Below, in pieces: positions 37,118 through 51,795 of a DNA stretch of 64,000 nt. The stretch comes from Camelus dromedarius. Lineage: Eukaryota. The notes beneath the pieces were generated by a model. The model searched no databases. It was not told where the DNA came from and saw nothing but the letters and a program-made list of their open reading frames with translations. Each line of letters starts with the position of its first letter. Positions within the stretch are counted from its first letter, which is position 1. A program made the position numbers and the translations under genes. The stretch spans positions 74,774,001 to 74,838,000 of the forward strand of contig NC_087437.1 in assembly GCF_036321535.1 (NCBI RefSeq), in the 5' to 3' direction.

Positions 37118-37945
37118 ATAGACTTTATTTTTTAGGACAGTTTTAGATTTATAGAAAATTGAGGAGGTAGTACACAGGGTTCCCATATACCACACCCCTA
37201 CCACACAATTTTTCTTATTAACATCTTGCACTTGTGTGGCACATTTGTTACAAGTAATGAACCCATATTGATTCATTATTAATTAAAGTATATAGTTAGC
37301 ACTCAAGTTTATTCTGTGTTTTCTGGTTCTATGAGTTTTGACAAATATACAGTGTCATGTATCTGTCATTACGATATCACACAGAATTGTATCGCCCTCT
37401 AAAAATCCCCTGTGCTATATACCCTTCTTATTTATCACCCCAAGCTTTTGGCAACCGTGAATCTGTTTATTCTTTCTGTAGTTTTGCATCTTCCAGAATG
37501 TTGTATAGTTGGAATCATACAGTATGTGGTCTTTTCACACTGGCTTCTTTAACTTAGCAGTATCCATTTAAGATTTCTCTATGTCTTTTTATGGCTTGAT
37601 AGGTCATATCTTTTTACTGGTGAATAATATTCCACTGTATGGATGTACCACAGTTTGTTTATTTATTCACTCATTGAGGCGCATCTTGGTTGTTTCCAGT
37701 TTGTGGCAATTATGAATAATGCTGCTATAAACATTTATATGCAGGCTTTTGTCAGGATGTAAGTTTTCAACCTAATTGGGTATATACCTAGAAGTGTGAT
37801 TGCTGGATCATATGATAAGACTATGTTTAAGCTTTGTAGGAAGCTGTACAACCATCTTCCAAAGTGGTTGTACCATTTCGTATAACTGTTAGCAATGAAT
37901 GACTTCCTGTTGCTCTGCATCCTTCCCAGCACTAGATATGGGCAA
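37118..37945 (-). mobile_element. L1MC/MD-like 3' fragment
   Basis: 'gactttattttttaggacagttttagatttatagaaaattgag...gctggatcatatgataagactatgttt'. Confidence 0.85.
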
Positions 37946-39827
37946 TTTAAAAATTATTTTTGCTTCTCTCAGATCATCACTAATTCATGTAGGTCTACAT
38001 ATACAACCAGAATTTTCTTAATTATTTAAGTCATTTTGTGCATATGTTAAAGTAGTTGAATAATTTTCCCCAATTTGGGTCCCCTAGAACACATCAAACG
38101 TGATTAATATAAAAAGACAGTCTTAACTAGCAACAATAAGGAAGAAGGTCATGATTATTTTGGGTTAGATAAAGAATTGCATTAAATATGTTTTCTATAA
38201 AACTATTATTTTGAAATATATTTCTTTTAAACTGGAAAGTAATAGAATCTATAACTATTAACATTTAAATTGTCATATATTTTACTAAGTTTTTCAAAAT
38301 TGATCACTAGAGAAATGAGAGACAAAAGGAGAGAGGTGAGGGAACCGTTCTGCAATTTATTAAATACCATGAGTTTTTGTTTATTTACTTATTTAATGTC
38401 CTGTCTGTTTTGCTTTTGCCAGAGTAGCACTGGCTGATTATCTTTTTCATGTAAAAATCTTAACTAGGAAGTGAGTCCGTAACTTCCCAAATCTAACACC
38501 TGTGTTTTTGCATAATATGATATGAATATAAAGTAGAATAAAATGAGGATGGATCATGAAATTAAATGCTTTTAAAATCAAACACAGTTTCCCCTGACCT
38601 CATGAACCTGTCAGATTTTCCTGCTGTCATCAATCTTTTCTGCTTTTGAAGCCTTCACTACCCATGTCATCTGCATTTGAAGCTTTGGTGTCATCTTTGA
38701 CTCTTTACTTTCTCACAATATAATTATAAGCTGTCATCATATAGCAGTGTTTTTTTTTGTTTTGTTTTGTTTTTATTTGTTTTTGTTTATACCATTGTAC
38801 AGTTGGAACAAATGAGAAAAAGACAGCTGGAATATCTTGCCAAATGTGACTCTGTAAGACACTGCTAGACTGGAACATGTAAAATTGAATCTTTAAGGAT
38901 TTTAAAAAATTGTTATAGCAATGAGCTTTTATACTACCTGTCTTTTTTAAGATTTCAAGAAAATCTTAAGAAAGCAGCCCAGTATGCTTCCAAAATCATT
39001 CACAGTTGCTAGGGGAAAGAAGAAAATTATCTCCAATGGTCAACTATTGTAATACTTATTGCCTAGTGGAAGAGATAGATTTTCTACCAACAATTTTCTA
39101 CTAACACTTTGGCATTCTTTCATTTATCAGATTAATCAGCTAAAATCTTGGAAGATAGAACACAACACACTTCTCAGTCTCCCATTTGGCCTTCCTCCAA
39201 ATAATGTTTGACAGTGACATCAGTGGCATAGTGTCTTCCTAAATGCAGAGCTAATCAAGTTACTCCTCCATATAAAAACCCTTCAATGGCTCTAATTACT
39301 TGAAAGATAAAGTCTGAAAAGTTTTTTGGTGATTTGCCTCTGACTCATTTTTTTTCAGGCTGTCTCATCCTTGGCCACTCCTCCAAGAGCACTATTGTCA
39401 TTCCACAGTGACTTTGCTCTCTCCTGTACAAGCTGGAATTTCCAATCTCTAATTTTCATTCCATAATTTCCTTATCCATCTTCAAGACTTAATTTAGGCA
39501 GCACCTCCTCTCTAAAGCTTACATCAATTACCAAAGCTGGGTTTATTTATTCATTTAACAAGAGCTCATTGAGTGCCTACATCATGCCAGATGCTGCTCT
39601 AGGGGCTGGGGTTGCTGCTATAATCAAAGTAGATCAAATTCTTATTCTCAAGATTACTGAATAGTATAGGGGAAATGGGTAGAAGGAGGGATTTTTCACA
39701 TAGCAAGGAAATATATAATAATAAGTAAATTATAATTAAATAAATAGAATTTCGTATAGTGCTACAAAAATAATAAGAAAGAAAAAGGCAACATAATAGA
39801 GACTAAGGGAGGATTAAGTGTGGTAGT

Positions 39828-40368
39828 GTGGTAGGCAGAACTACAAGCCCCAAAGATGTCCACATCCCAATCCTGGGAATCTGTGAGTATGTTATCTTAC
39901 ATGGCAAAAGGGATGTTGCAGGTGTGATTAAGGTTAAGAAATGAGATGGAGAAAAACTTTTTAAAAAGAAATAACATGGGGAGATTTTATTAGATTATTC
40001 AGATGAGTCCAATCTAATCGTGAGTCCATAAATAAGGAGACTTCTTTCTAGCTCTGGACAAAGAAGAAGTGAGAGAGAATGGATGAATGATGGATGGATG
40101 AAGGAGCAGAAGATATAACACTGCAGGTTTTGAAGATGGAAAAAAGGGACCATGAGCCAAGGAGTGAAGTATCCTGGAATCTGGGAAAGGCGAGAAAACA
40201 GATTCTTCCTAACATTATCCTGGGAGGAACACAGCCCTGCTGACATTTGACACCTGTGAGAATGGTGTCTGTCTTCTGACCTGCAGAATTGTAAGATTGT
40301 ACATTCATATTGTTAAAGCCACTACATTTGTGGTAGTTTGGTACAGTAGCAGGACTAAACTAATACAG
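39828..40368 (+). mobile_element. MaLR LTR (MLT1D-like) within L2
   Basis: 'tgtggtaggcagaa...cccaaagatgtccacatcccaatcc...actaaactaataca'; L2 pieces flank it (39540-39827, 40380-40640). Confidence 0.88.
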
Positions 40369-42294
40369 CAAGCTACTTAAGTCTAGTTAGAAAGGGATGC
40401 TTTCTCTGTGGAGGAACACTTGAGCTGAGATCCAAATGATAAGAAGAAGCCAATGTTGTGACCTTCCCAGGAAGAAGAATCCAGACAGTGGAAGTGTAAG
40501 TCTATGAGGCTGGAGCAGATTTGGCATGCTTTAAAGTAATGGTGAAGGCCAGTGTGACCAGAACATGTTATGAGAGGAAGCCCAGAATGAGATCAGAGCT
40601 TCAGGCAGGCACCAGGCATTAAGAACCTTTTGCTGCCATAACTTCCATTGTGGTACTTTTGCATCATAGGGTACACATATGGAGACCCCTCGTTACACTT
40701 GAGTCCCTTGAGACCCTTAAGAGCAAGGATTGCTCCCATTCATCTTTGAATCCCTTAGCATAAAGTAGTTGTAATGCCTCAAACATACCAAGCTCACAAA
40801 TGTATAGCTGTGAGGTCAGTGTTTGAGATGCTTTAGAAAGACAGCACAATAGTAATAATTAATCTCTTGTTGCTTTGGAAATACCAACACTTGGGAGCTC
40901 CTTGATTTTTATTTTCTTCATGCTTGTCATCATTTGGGTAACCATTTTATGGTATATTGAGGGAAAATGACCTATGTTGGTATGTGGATCAAAAAACAGA
41001 AGTTCAGATGGTAAAATTGTTGACTGGAGTCCCTAGTGGAAATTTCTTCAACACTGTTATCATAAGCAGGTATATCTCTAGCTTTTTAAAAACCTTTTGT
41101 ATTTATAAGGTGACAAATCTTCCTAACAGTTACGTCTATTTTGGAAGCCAAGATATGTGCATTCTATTACTGCAAACAAGTATTTGTAGAGAGACTATTA
41201 TATGCCAGAAACTCATGTCATGCAAGCACCACTCCACCCCAACGAGGTTGGTGCATTTATCATTCCATAGGTGGGAAACTCAGCCACAGTGGGGCTAAGG
41301 GACATGACCAAGGAGACAATGCTAGCCAGGGAAGTATGACTCCAGGCCTTTGGCTCCAGAGATGACATTCTTAAATCACAGACTACATCCTTCCCATCCA
41401 CCAAGGAAGGGGCAGAACCAGGACTTAAACTTTAAGCTTCTCAAGAAAAATGTAGGAGAGTCTATGTATGATAAATTTAAAGGTTTTTAAAATTTCATCT
41501 ATACTACAAGTTATTTTTTCCCTCTCTTATTACTGCCTGGATTAAAGATCATCAAAGAACCCCTTTTAAAATACACTTCTGATGGAGCAAAAGAAGGTAG
41601 TGCTAAGAAGGCATACCTTTTCTGAAATTGTCTGTTAAAAATAATTAGCTTGTTTTCTAACATTATGATCAGAAGGAGAAAATGCAGCTGCATTTGTCAC
41701 TGTGATGGATGGCATAAAATGTTTTGAATTTAGATAATTTATTTCATTTTTACATTTGAACTGCCTTCCAAGACAGTTCCAATTTGTGATGTAATCTCCA
41801 AACATTTATTTTTTGTCTCTAATTTGAAGGAGCCTGGCAATATCTCTGCTTCAATTGGGTAGTTTATATATTTAACCAGTCAATGCTAAATTACTTTCAA
41901 TAAAATTCATTCAGGCTGTCACTATCATTGAAGATAATAGTGTGAGATATATATATATTCTCTACTGGTTCAGTTGCCTAAGATGTTTTAGATCAATTTG
42001 AAGAAAATAAATGGAATAAGTAAAATCAACATATGAAAATAAACACCTTCATTTTTAATGTGTTCTATATGTACAGTATTCCCCATCCATTAGTTATTCT
42101 ATTTAAATTATAATGAATTGGCACACAGGAGGATGGATGTCTTTTGAGATTAGGTCTGCTGTGTGGATGAAACTAAAGGCCAGAAATGAAAAAATATTGA
42201 GTTCTTAATCAGTCCTCTATTGATTTGCTGGACAGTGTGTGGATACATTATATTGCATATTACTTGTTTGTCCCAGCCACTGATATAAGAAGGT

Positions 42295-42665
42295 GTCAAT
42301 CTGTTTGGGTGACTATAAAAGAGCACCATAGACTGGGTGGCTGATAAACGACAAGAAATGAAAGAAATTTATTTCTCATAGTTCTAGAGGCTGAGAAGTT
42401 GAAAATCAAAGTGCCAGTAGATTTGGTGTTTGATGAGGGCTGGCTTCCTGGTTCACAGATGACCATCTTCTTGCTGTGTCTTTTCATGGCAGAAAGGGCA
42501 AGGGGGCTCTCTGATTTCTTTTTTTATAAGGGCACTAATTGCATTCATGAAAGTTCTGCTCTCTGACCTAATCACCCTCAAAGGTCCCACCTCCAAACCC
42601 ATTACATTGGGGATTAGAATGCAACATATGAATTTTGAAGGGTCACAAATATTCAGTCTATAGCA
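42295..42665 (-). mobile_element. MaLR LTR (MLT1A-like)
   Basis: 'tttatttctcatagttctagaggctgagaag...acaaatattcagtctatagca'. Confidence 0.85.
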
Positions 42666-43379
42666 AATGGTAACAGGAAAATTGTGTGAATACTCCTTAC
42701 CTCCCTGATAGGCATCCTTCTTAACAGTACTCATTTATTTATCAAATTCTTGTTGCATACCAGCCACTGTCCTGGGTATTGAAGTTGCAAATATAAATTT
42801 CAAATAAATTCTGATCTTAAAAAGCTTATACTATGATATTATAAATATATGCTATAGTAATAATAGTATAAGTATAATACTGTAAATATAAAATACAGTA
42901 AAATACAAAAACTCTAATTATGAAGACAGCATATACATATTACTCTTATGCATCCTTTGAAGCCTAAATCTAAAGCCTCCTCCTCAGTGAAGCCTTCCCT
43001 GAGTAAGTTATCTATCCTCTGTGCATACATGATTTATTATTTGAGTCTCTGTAATTCATCTGTATAAATACAGCAGATGCTTATCTCTCTTCTGAATTTA
43101 AAGCTCTATGGAGAAGGGACTGTGTCTCAGTCCTCTTTGTACCTCTGCCTTGACCAGGCCAAAGAAAGTTGGCAGCAGTACTTGTTAAATAAGTGAATAA
43201 GTGAATCAATAAATGATGCAAAGTAGCAAGACTGTTTGAGGGGAGTAGATAAAATAATAGGAGAGGGACCAGATCATGGGGAGCTTTGAGTTCTGGATAA
43301 CATAATTCTGGAGCAAAATTGTGGTATACAGAAAAGAGCATGGACTTTTATGTAACTGTTGACAAGATTATAATTGTAG

Positions 43380-43570
43380 CTAACTTTTATTAGAGTGTTT
43401 ATTTACATGCCAGGCACTGTTCTGAATGCTTCATGTGTATCATTTTATGTATTCCCCACATTAAGTAGGTCCAATTATTCCCATATTAAAGAAGAGGAAA
43501 TTGAGGCCTGGAGAGGTAAGTGACTTGCACAAGATGGCACAGCTAGTGATGCCAGGATTTAAGACTAGAC
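43380..43570 (-). mobile_element. MIR SINE
   Basis: 'gaagaggaaattgaggcctggagaggtaagtgacttgcacaag'. Confidence 0.8.
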
Positions 43571-44360
43571 ATTGTAATTGCTGTTTTAGAGGTATATATA
43601 CCAGTTAGCTCTATCTGGGTAGTATATCTAAGCCTTAATTTTTTTCTTTAAGATGGGATCTGCAGGACCTACCTTATCAGAATGTTATCATGATGCAGTA
43701 TGATAAAGTATAAAACTGTCTAGTATAGTATACAGCAAAGTCTGTGTCTTAGTAAGAAACATGTTATTTTCTGCCCTCTTCATCAGTCAAAAGTTTTAAA
43801 ACAAGACAAGGTTTTTGAGCAGGATATATAACAATATTAGAACTGTACTTCTCATGAATTGCATTGAAGAAGACTTGGAATTGTTTCCTTGGACTAATTT
43901 AGCATTGAAACGTTCACTGGGAAACTACATGAAACAGCATTATAGGGATTCTAGTGGATGGAGTGTCCAAGAGACCATTAAAAGAGTCAGTCTGATCTTT
44001 GACATATATGTTGACTAGTTCTATTAAAAAAGGCAGGAAAACTTAGCAGAATACCGTTTATGTTACAAGAGTGAGGCTAGTGAGCCTCAAAATGCACTAG
44101 AATCTCAGGGGAGTCTTAATTTAGCGGGAATATTTTTTTTTTTACTAGTCACTTGAGCATAAATTGTGAGCCTATTTAATCAATCAGACTAAGAGGGCAA
44201 ATCACCATGATTCCTTTTAGACCTCAGATTGAAAACCTTGTACTTCAGAAGAATTCAGTCACCACAGCACTTATGTTCTTAATGCTGCAGTAGAACATGT
44301 AAATATCCCAGCCACAGAGTCTCAGGAAGTAAGTGAGGAAAAGAGTAGTCTCTGATCCTC

Positions 44361-44428
44361 TCTGTCTTTCCTTGTCCAGACTGATATAGTTTGTTCTGTC
44401 TTTCCTTGTCCAGACTGATATAGTTTGT
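44361..44428. repeat. Perfect 34-bp tandem duplication
   Basis: tctgtctttccttgtccagactgatatagtttgt x2. Confidence 0.97.
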
Positions 44429-45190
44429 TCTAGGTTCTTAAAAATGTTGAAAGAGCCTTCAGTCTTCAAAGAGGCAGACTTTTACATAGGGTTTATAAAT
44501 TAGATACAGAGTTAAAGCACCTCATACAAGGTTTATATATTAGATAATGACTTAAAGGACACTCCCCCTGCCCCCACCAAAGTAAAAATCATGAGTCTTT
44601 GGAAAATAATCAGTTAAATTGAGTTAGCCATAATATTGGTACCTCAATATAATCAGTTTATTTAAACACTGAATTTAGAGTTGTTATAGTCTAAGCTAAT
44701 TTTGTATGTAGACACTAAATATGTAGTATCTGGGTTTTCTTAAATCTTATCTACACAACTGAATAGTCACTGCTTCCTGATCACTATGTGGAAGTTAACC
44801 ACTAGATTTCTAGACAAATTATTTCAGGAAGACCACGTTGTTTTTGCTTTGTTTGTTTTCTGATACCACGTACATTTCTAATAATTTCTCACAAAATTAT
44901 GTTTAGACAAGAAGCCCCCTTTCTATGCTTGTTATATCAGATGACAACCTAATTGCAGAATTGCTCCTTAATGTTACCTAAATCAAAATCAACTTAGCAG
45001 CTACCTTATGATTTCACATTATTAGTGCCTCACAATCCATGAAGCTTCTTTCTTGTGTTAGACTGAATGAAACAAATGAAAGTCCTTTTCTTTTTCTCCA
45101 CCACACGTTGCTCCAGTCACAGCTATGTGAGTGTGTGTGTGCATGTGTGTATAAAGTATGTGTAGACAGTCTAAATAACTTACAGTAAGT

Positions 45191-45545
45191 TGTAATGGTC
45201 AGTTTTATGTGTCAGCTTGGCTGAACCACTCTGTCTAGATTTGTGGTCAAACATTATTCTTGGGTGTTTCTGTAAGGGTGTTTTTGGATGAGATTAACAC
45301 TTAAATTGATGGACTTCTTTTTTTTTTAAAGATCTTTTTGTTGTTGGGGAGATAATTTATGTTTGTTTGTTTAATGGAGGTACTGGGGATTGAACCCAGG
45401 GCCTCTTGTATGCTAAGCATGCACTCTACCACTGAGCTATACCCTTCCCCCTAAATTGGTGGACTTTGACTAAAGCAGATTGCCCTCCGTAATATGATTG
45501 AACTCATTTAATCAGTTGAAGGCCTAAATAAAACAGAGGGATGGA
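45191..45545 (+). mobile_element. ERVL LTR fragment (MLT2-like), interrupted by a SINE
   Basis: 'tgtaatggtcagttttatgtgtcagcttggct...ttttggatgagattaacac...aagcagattgccctcc'. Confidence 0.85.
45317..45451 (-). mobile_element. tRNA-Ala-derived SINE (camelid vic-1-like) with 15-bp TSD
   Basis: GGGTATAGCTCAGTGGTAGAGTGCATGCTTAGCATACAAGAGGCCCTGGGTTCAATCCCCAGTACCTCC (A and B boxes, AGC loop) with an A-rich tail; TSD taaattg(a/g)tggactt at 45302-45316 and 45452-45466. Confidence 0.9.
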
Positions 45546-45989
45546 ACAGAACGTGGAGAATACTGAGTAGCTTCCGGTGCCCTTTTGGGGAAGGAAGTGC
45601 TGGGCCAAAGTCTTTACTGTGCAGCTTCTTGGCATCTGATTTTTCCTGCTGAAAAGTGCTTGAGACTGTGTAAGACCACATAAGACCAACTATGGTCTTG
45701 GTGGGATGCTTCTATTTACCAAAAGAAATCCCTGCAGAGAACAATTGACCTAAATATACAAAGAAATAGACTTTTGAAGGTAAAAAGTCCACTTATCTGT
45801 GATTTTGGAGGGCAATCTTGGTGATTGGTTGTATCATCTCCTCAGTACTCCTCAAACTAGATTACTGAAGTGGTATTTCATAGATATGTGGAAAACTATA
45901 GGATAAATTTAGTCCACTTTTCTTTAGAGTTAATTTTTCAGTTTTATTGGAAAGATTAATAAAAGAACCTGACCAGTAGGTTAAAAATG

Positions 45990-46283
<294 letters not shown>

Positions 46284-48889
46284 ATAGCTATGAAAAGTTT
46301 ATTACTGATTACTAGGGGCTGGGGCATGGGGGAATGGGGAGTGACTGATAATGAGTGTGAGATTTCTTTAAAACTGTTATTTCATATTGAAACAAACATA
46401 AACATATTATGGATCAGAATGCAAGACTTGCACAAAATTTCAAACTTTATAAGGAAGACTTATAGATAAGGGGCTTCCTAATCGTCATCTGCTCCCCATT
46501 ATGAGTTAAGATTTTATTCTCTATTGCCTACATCAGTACGCTCTGACAAAAAAAGTTTCAAAAATATGTTCTTAGAATAGACGGGCTTTAGGAAGTGATA
46601 AGTACTGAAGAAAAGAGGAGAGGACTAGCTCCATTTGAGAGAACACTTTTCCTTCCTTGAATTAAAAAGTCTACTCGTTTTCTCAAAGAAGAGGCAATAG
46701 AAAGCAAGAACTACAACAGTTTTTTTTTTTCTTTTTGGATAGAGAATTTTAATAACACTACTTTTTTGTTTCTTATTTCCTTTTCCCCAAAAGCCCCCTT
46801 TTTTGTAAATGTTATTCTTCAGTCTTTATTCTAGTTCTCATTTTAAAAGCTACCATTTATTGAGAACTTCTAATTCTAGGCCTCTACATGGATTTTCATA
46901 TTTACTCCTTTCAACAGGTCCATGAAGCAGACATAATAAATAATCTGGTAAATGGCATGGATTTGCTCCCAGGTCTCCAAAGCTGGTGGTTTGGGCATAG
47001 CATCACTTTTTGACTCCCACTATTCTTGCTATCCTGGTTTAACCAGCAAAGCACATTTACTGGGCAGTAGATGTATCAAAGGTGAAAATATTCACATTCA
47101 GATAATGCTGTGCTGTTGTTTTCAAAGCAGTCCATGTTTCACGAGCCTGCAACAAAAGGAGACTCAAGTCATGATCTCTGAGTATGTAGAACATACATTG
47201 CATCAATTATTCTGACTATTATGCAGCTATTCCCAAAAGACTGAGAGACATACATCGGAAGAATAAGACCAAATGAGGTTTGGTTTCACACTTTTGTGAT
47301 CTGTTTACTTCAGTGTTCAGATGCTTTGCAGTATGTGTGCGGCCACAGTATGAACCAATGTAGTAAAGTCTTGTTACATTATGGTATCTGTCAGCTAATT
47401 ACAGCAATGGTCTACAATTACAGGCAGGAGAGTACTTGAAAATTTCAGTATTCTGTAAAGAAGACACAGCCTACCAGTTTAAGTAATTATTTAATTTTCA
47501 GAATAAACAAATGTCTTGTTTTAATACCTCTAAATGATGCCTGTTGGAGAAAAATAGGCATAAAACTAAGTTCATTATTCAAGCTGGTGGTTTTCATCAA
47601 TAAGTGCTAAGCAGAAACAAGCTGATCCTAGTATACCAGTTAAAACCCAGTGAAGCAGAGTAAGGATAAGACGCAGACCCCAGAAAAACAAGGACACTCA
47701 ATTTCTTTATGACTTTATATAACCCTTATGCCTCGTGATAGTGAGAACCTGATATATGTGAAAGGAGAGAATAAATAAGTGAATTAATTAATTGTTCTTC
47801 TTTGTTGTCTAAATTGCTAAATTGTAAGAGGGGAATCTTGAATAATTTAAATCCTCAGATAATTTAGCAATTTCATTTGGCCCAGAGTTTCAGTGTCATC
47901 TTCCATCAAAATGTAAGCATGAAATGAAACTGGCTAATGAGTTTCTTATTTATTTCTCTTGGAGTGAGAATACAAATAAATGGGAAAAGGTATAAAAAGC
48001 AAACAAACAAAGGAATGACATTAAAGGCTTGGATAATTACCACAGAGGAAAATTAGCTACTGAACAACTAAAAGGGAACTAAAATGTGACCATGACCCAT
48101 CCATCCATCTACCCAAATAGGCAATAATCAATTTACTGAAACTTGAGAATAATGACCTTGATGGATAAGACAAGCACTTTACCTTTGTAGTCTAGCTAGG
48201 AGGCTGGGTGCATGAGACAAATAATTCCAGGGTGACATTTGAGAGCTATTCACATGCCAATAGCCTGCAAAGGGGAGAGAAGAAGGAAGGACAAATGCCT
48301 TCCTGGATAGAAGGGAAAGGCTTCAGAAAGGAAGGGACAGTTGATCTTAGTCTTAAAGGAGGAGATGAAGTTTACCGACAAAAACTAATTCATGGGGTGG
48401 AGACAGCAGGTATAGTACAAGACAGCTAGAGAGGAAAAAATCAGGGATTGGCCTAGTGGTGGGTTAATGCCAGCTGATGCCATGCCTACTTAGAAAGAGA
48501 GATGGTGAAGGGCCATTTGTTTCTAATACAAATACCTGATCAGCCAGTGTTTTTCCCCACATATTCGGACTGTGATCTGGGTCCCAGTAATCCTGCAAAT
48601 ATATGTGTCTTTTGAGACGTAGGAACTGGTTTGCTGGGTCCTCCAATAAAAATGGTGCTCCCAGTGCTCCTGTAATTGAGTCCAAGAGCACAGTATCTTT
48701 TAGGGCAATAGTTTACATTCTCAATGTTTCCTCTTAAAGAAACACAGCTGTGGTCTTTGGGAGAATGGGCACCTGAGAAGGAAACCCTGGGAAGTCTATG
48801 ACCTGGAGGAGGAGATGGCTGCTTCTCAGTCCTTTGGCATCATTGTACTGTCACCATCCTATATGACCTTCATATCGTACAGCATGAAA

Positions 48890-49130
48890 GCCAATGCTGT
48901 GTGGTGGATGGAGATTTTCAGAGTTTCTGTACATGTATGGGAGCCTGCAGACTTAAATTCAAATTCCAACTCTATCACTTTTTTAGGCAAGTTGATTAAT
49001 TTTTCTGAGCTCTAGTTTTCTTGCTTGTAAAGAGATATAATAGTAATAACACAGTAAGATAATTACAGGATTACTGTAAGGATTGGATAAATTAATAGAT
49101 AGAAACCCCTTGGTTCAAACCTGGCAGTCT
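48890..49130 (+). mobile_element. MIR SINE
   Basis: 'ttaggcaagttgattaatttttctgagctctagttttcttgcttgtaaaag'. Confidence 0.65.
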
Positions 49131-50604
49131 ACAATCTTATTCTTGCTTCCTTAGCCTTCCAAAATAGAACATATCTTTCATTTTGAACTAGACTGCTCCC
49201 AAATCTTGCACTGTGGTTAAAATTGTTAACATTGATAGAGCCATCTTTAAATTGAACAGGCTTGCATTTTCAATCTCCTTCCCACTCTAGAATTAAGGAA
49301 AAAAATATTAAAAAAAAATCCAGACTTCTTTAAGATCTTGACATTTTAATAGTCTATATTGTGCTTTCATTCCTAAATAAAACACAATCATGTTCAGAGT
49401 TGTAACTGGAATCAGTATAAAGAATGAACACATTCCTGACTGATTTGTGGTAACAATACAATCTGTTCATTGCTTGTGATAAAGAAGCATTTATTACGAA
49501 TCTAAATGTAGGTAATGTTACATTAGGCATTCTACATCTTTATCATTAGCAAGTCTCCATTGACCAATACTCCGTATAGATCAAGGTTATAGTGAACTGT
49601 CAGATATGAGACCTCCTCTCTATAGGAGAGGGGGTGAAGGATCCAAGATACAAAATAAAACAAGGTAATGCAAGATTTGATTTTTTTAAAGCTGCTTAGG
49701 AGAAGGTGTTGATACGAAGCACAGGAGCACCGGGGCACAAGCAGGTCAGGGAAATCGCTTATCCTATTCCTTGAGGAAGTGATTATATTTAGCATAATGG
49801 GAGAAGGGACAAGTCTTTTAATTTGCTGAAAGAACGATGTGTGCAAAAGTGTGGCATTAGGAATCTACAAGACCGATTTCTGGAAACAATGGTTAGAGGT
49901 AGCTGTATTAGAGTTTCATATAAATAAATACAATAATGATAATATTCATTAACATTTATTGAGCATCATGCTAAATATTTTTACCTTAATACACACAACA
50001 AACCTAAGAAGTAGTTTATCAATCATTTTATTTTGGAAACAAGGAAATTAAGGCACAGAAAAGTTAAATAATATGTTTAAGGCCAGAGTAGCAGGAGGGA
50101 GAGGTGGGAGTCCCCTTTCAGAGCCATTGCACTGTATTATGACTTGAGAGAGGAATGCTTGGGGCCAGATAACAGTCACAATAATAACAGAAGTCTTTAA
50201 CTTCTATAGAAAAAGTGATCATTACTTATACATTCCGTATGATCTCATATTTTCCCAATCTTGACCTTGTGCTCTGAGAAGGGTTCTAGTTATTAGCTCT
50301 ATTGTTTCTAGTTTATTTGTCAATCCAGTAAGCTCGAGTTCTAAATAGGTACCTATTGAAAATGACAGCCTCTCTGTATATTATACATCCTTCAAGCTGC
50401 CTCTAGGTGCAAAACACTGTACTACTAATGGAGGGTTGAAAAGTGACTCAGATATATTCTCCATTTATAACAAGTTAGCAGTTTTATTTATTCAATGATT
50501 TAAAAATAAAAGACAAATGTAAACTTTAGAAGATAAGAGTAACAGATATCAGAAGTAATACTAACCTGCTACTAGGTAATCTAATCGATACAATCAAACC
50601 AGTA

Positions 50605-51124
50605 TGTCTGTGGAAGCCATCCTTTAAGACGATTCTCAAAGATCACTGCCTCCTAGGATTCCTATTCTGTGTGGTCCCCTTTTTCACTTAGTAGGGCTGT
50701 AACCACAGGATACTGAGGAAAGGACAGTGTGTGATTTCTGTGGCTGAGACATAAAAGACATGACAGCTTCTGCTGTGCACCACTCTTGGGTCACTTGCTC
50801 TGAGGGAAGTCAGCTGCCATGTTCTGAGGACACTCAAGCATCCCCAAGGGGCTGGACCACATGTGAAGGAGCTGAAGCATCCCACCAACAGCCATGTAAG
50901 TGACCCACCTGGGAACCTGATGCTTTTGCTCCAGTCAGACCTTCAGAAGACCACAGCCCCCATTAATATCTTTACTGCAACCTCATGAGAGATCCTAAGT
51001 CAGAACAATTGACCTAAGATACCCCCAAATTCCTGACTCTCAGAAACATGACATAATAGCTGTTTATTGTTGTAAGCTGCTAGGTTTGGGGAAATAAGCT
51101 ATGCTGTAGTAGAAAACTAATACA
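50605..51124 (+). mobile_element. MaLR LTR (MLT1F/G-like)
   Basis: 'gggaagtcagctgccatgttctgaggacactcaagca...ctgcaacctcatgagagatcc...aactaataca'. Confidence 0.85.
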
Positions 51125-51795
51125 ATGCATTGTAAGCACTAACTAATGTCAAAGTAAACTGGTGATCACTGGAGTTGAGACTAGGATGAGGCAAATAAGA
51201 TCAGACAGCATAAATATAAGAAAAGATTAACTCTTAGGCTTTTACAAATTTTGTGTCATAAGACCTTCACTTACTTGCCCGACCCTAGTTTCTGCTCTTG
51301 TAATCATCATTGCATGGAAAGATAAACAATAAAAACCTCTTGCCGCTAAGGAACTCCCATTATATTCAGAGTTTAAAAAGAATTATAAGATGATACATTG
51401 TGACTAGACTATTGGAAGGGGAGTGATTAATTTTGATATTGGTGGGAAGGCCTCACAGAGAAGTTGCTTTCGAGTTAAGCTTCAAAGGGTATAAACTTTC
51501 CACAGCCAGGAGGAAGGGAGTGGAAGCAATGGACATATATTCCAGGCTGAAGGAGATTGGAGAGCCAAGGAGCAGAGGACCAGAGTAAGTCTCAGTGACG
51601 CTCACTCTGCCAATGTGATTGAAAGGTAGGGTTGTTTGTGGTGTAGATTATCAGAGATAATGTTGTAAAGATAAACTGGAGCTCCATTCTGAAGGATTAT
51701 TACTGTCATATCAAGGAGTTTGGACTTTATTCTGTAAATAATTTATTATCATTTCTGGACAAGAAAATGATAGGACCAGATGTACATTTAAAATC

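Noticed and set aside
38740..38798. T-rich tract with possible TSD (tatagcagtgt / tataccattgt)
   Set aside because: Only 9/11 match; cannot be distinguished from a simple (GTTTT)n repeat.
45375..45451. Possible tRNA-Ala gene
   Set aside because: It has a SINE tail and TSDs and is inserted in an LTR, so it is a SINE.
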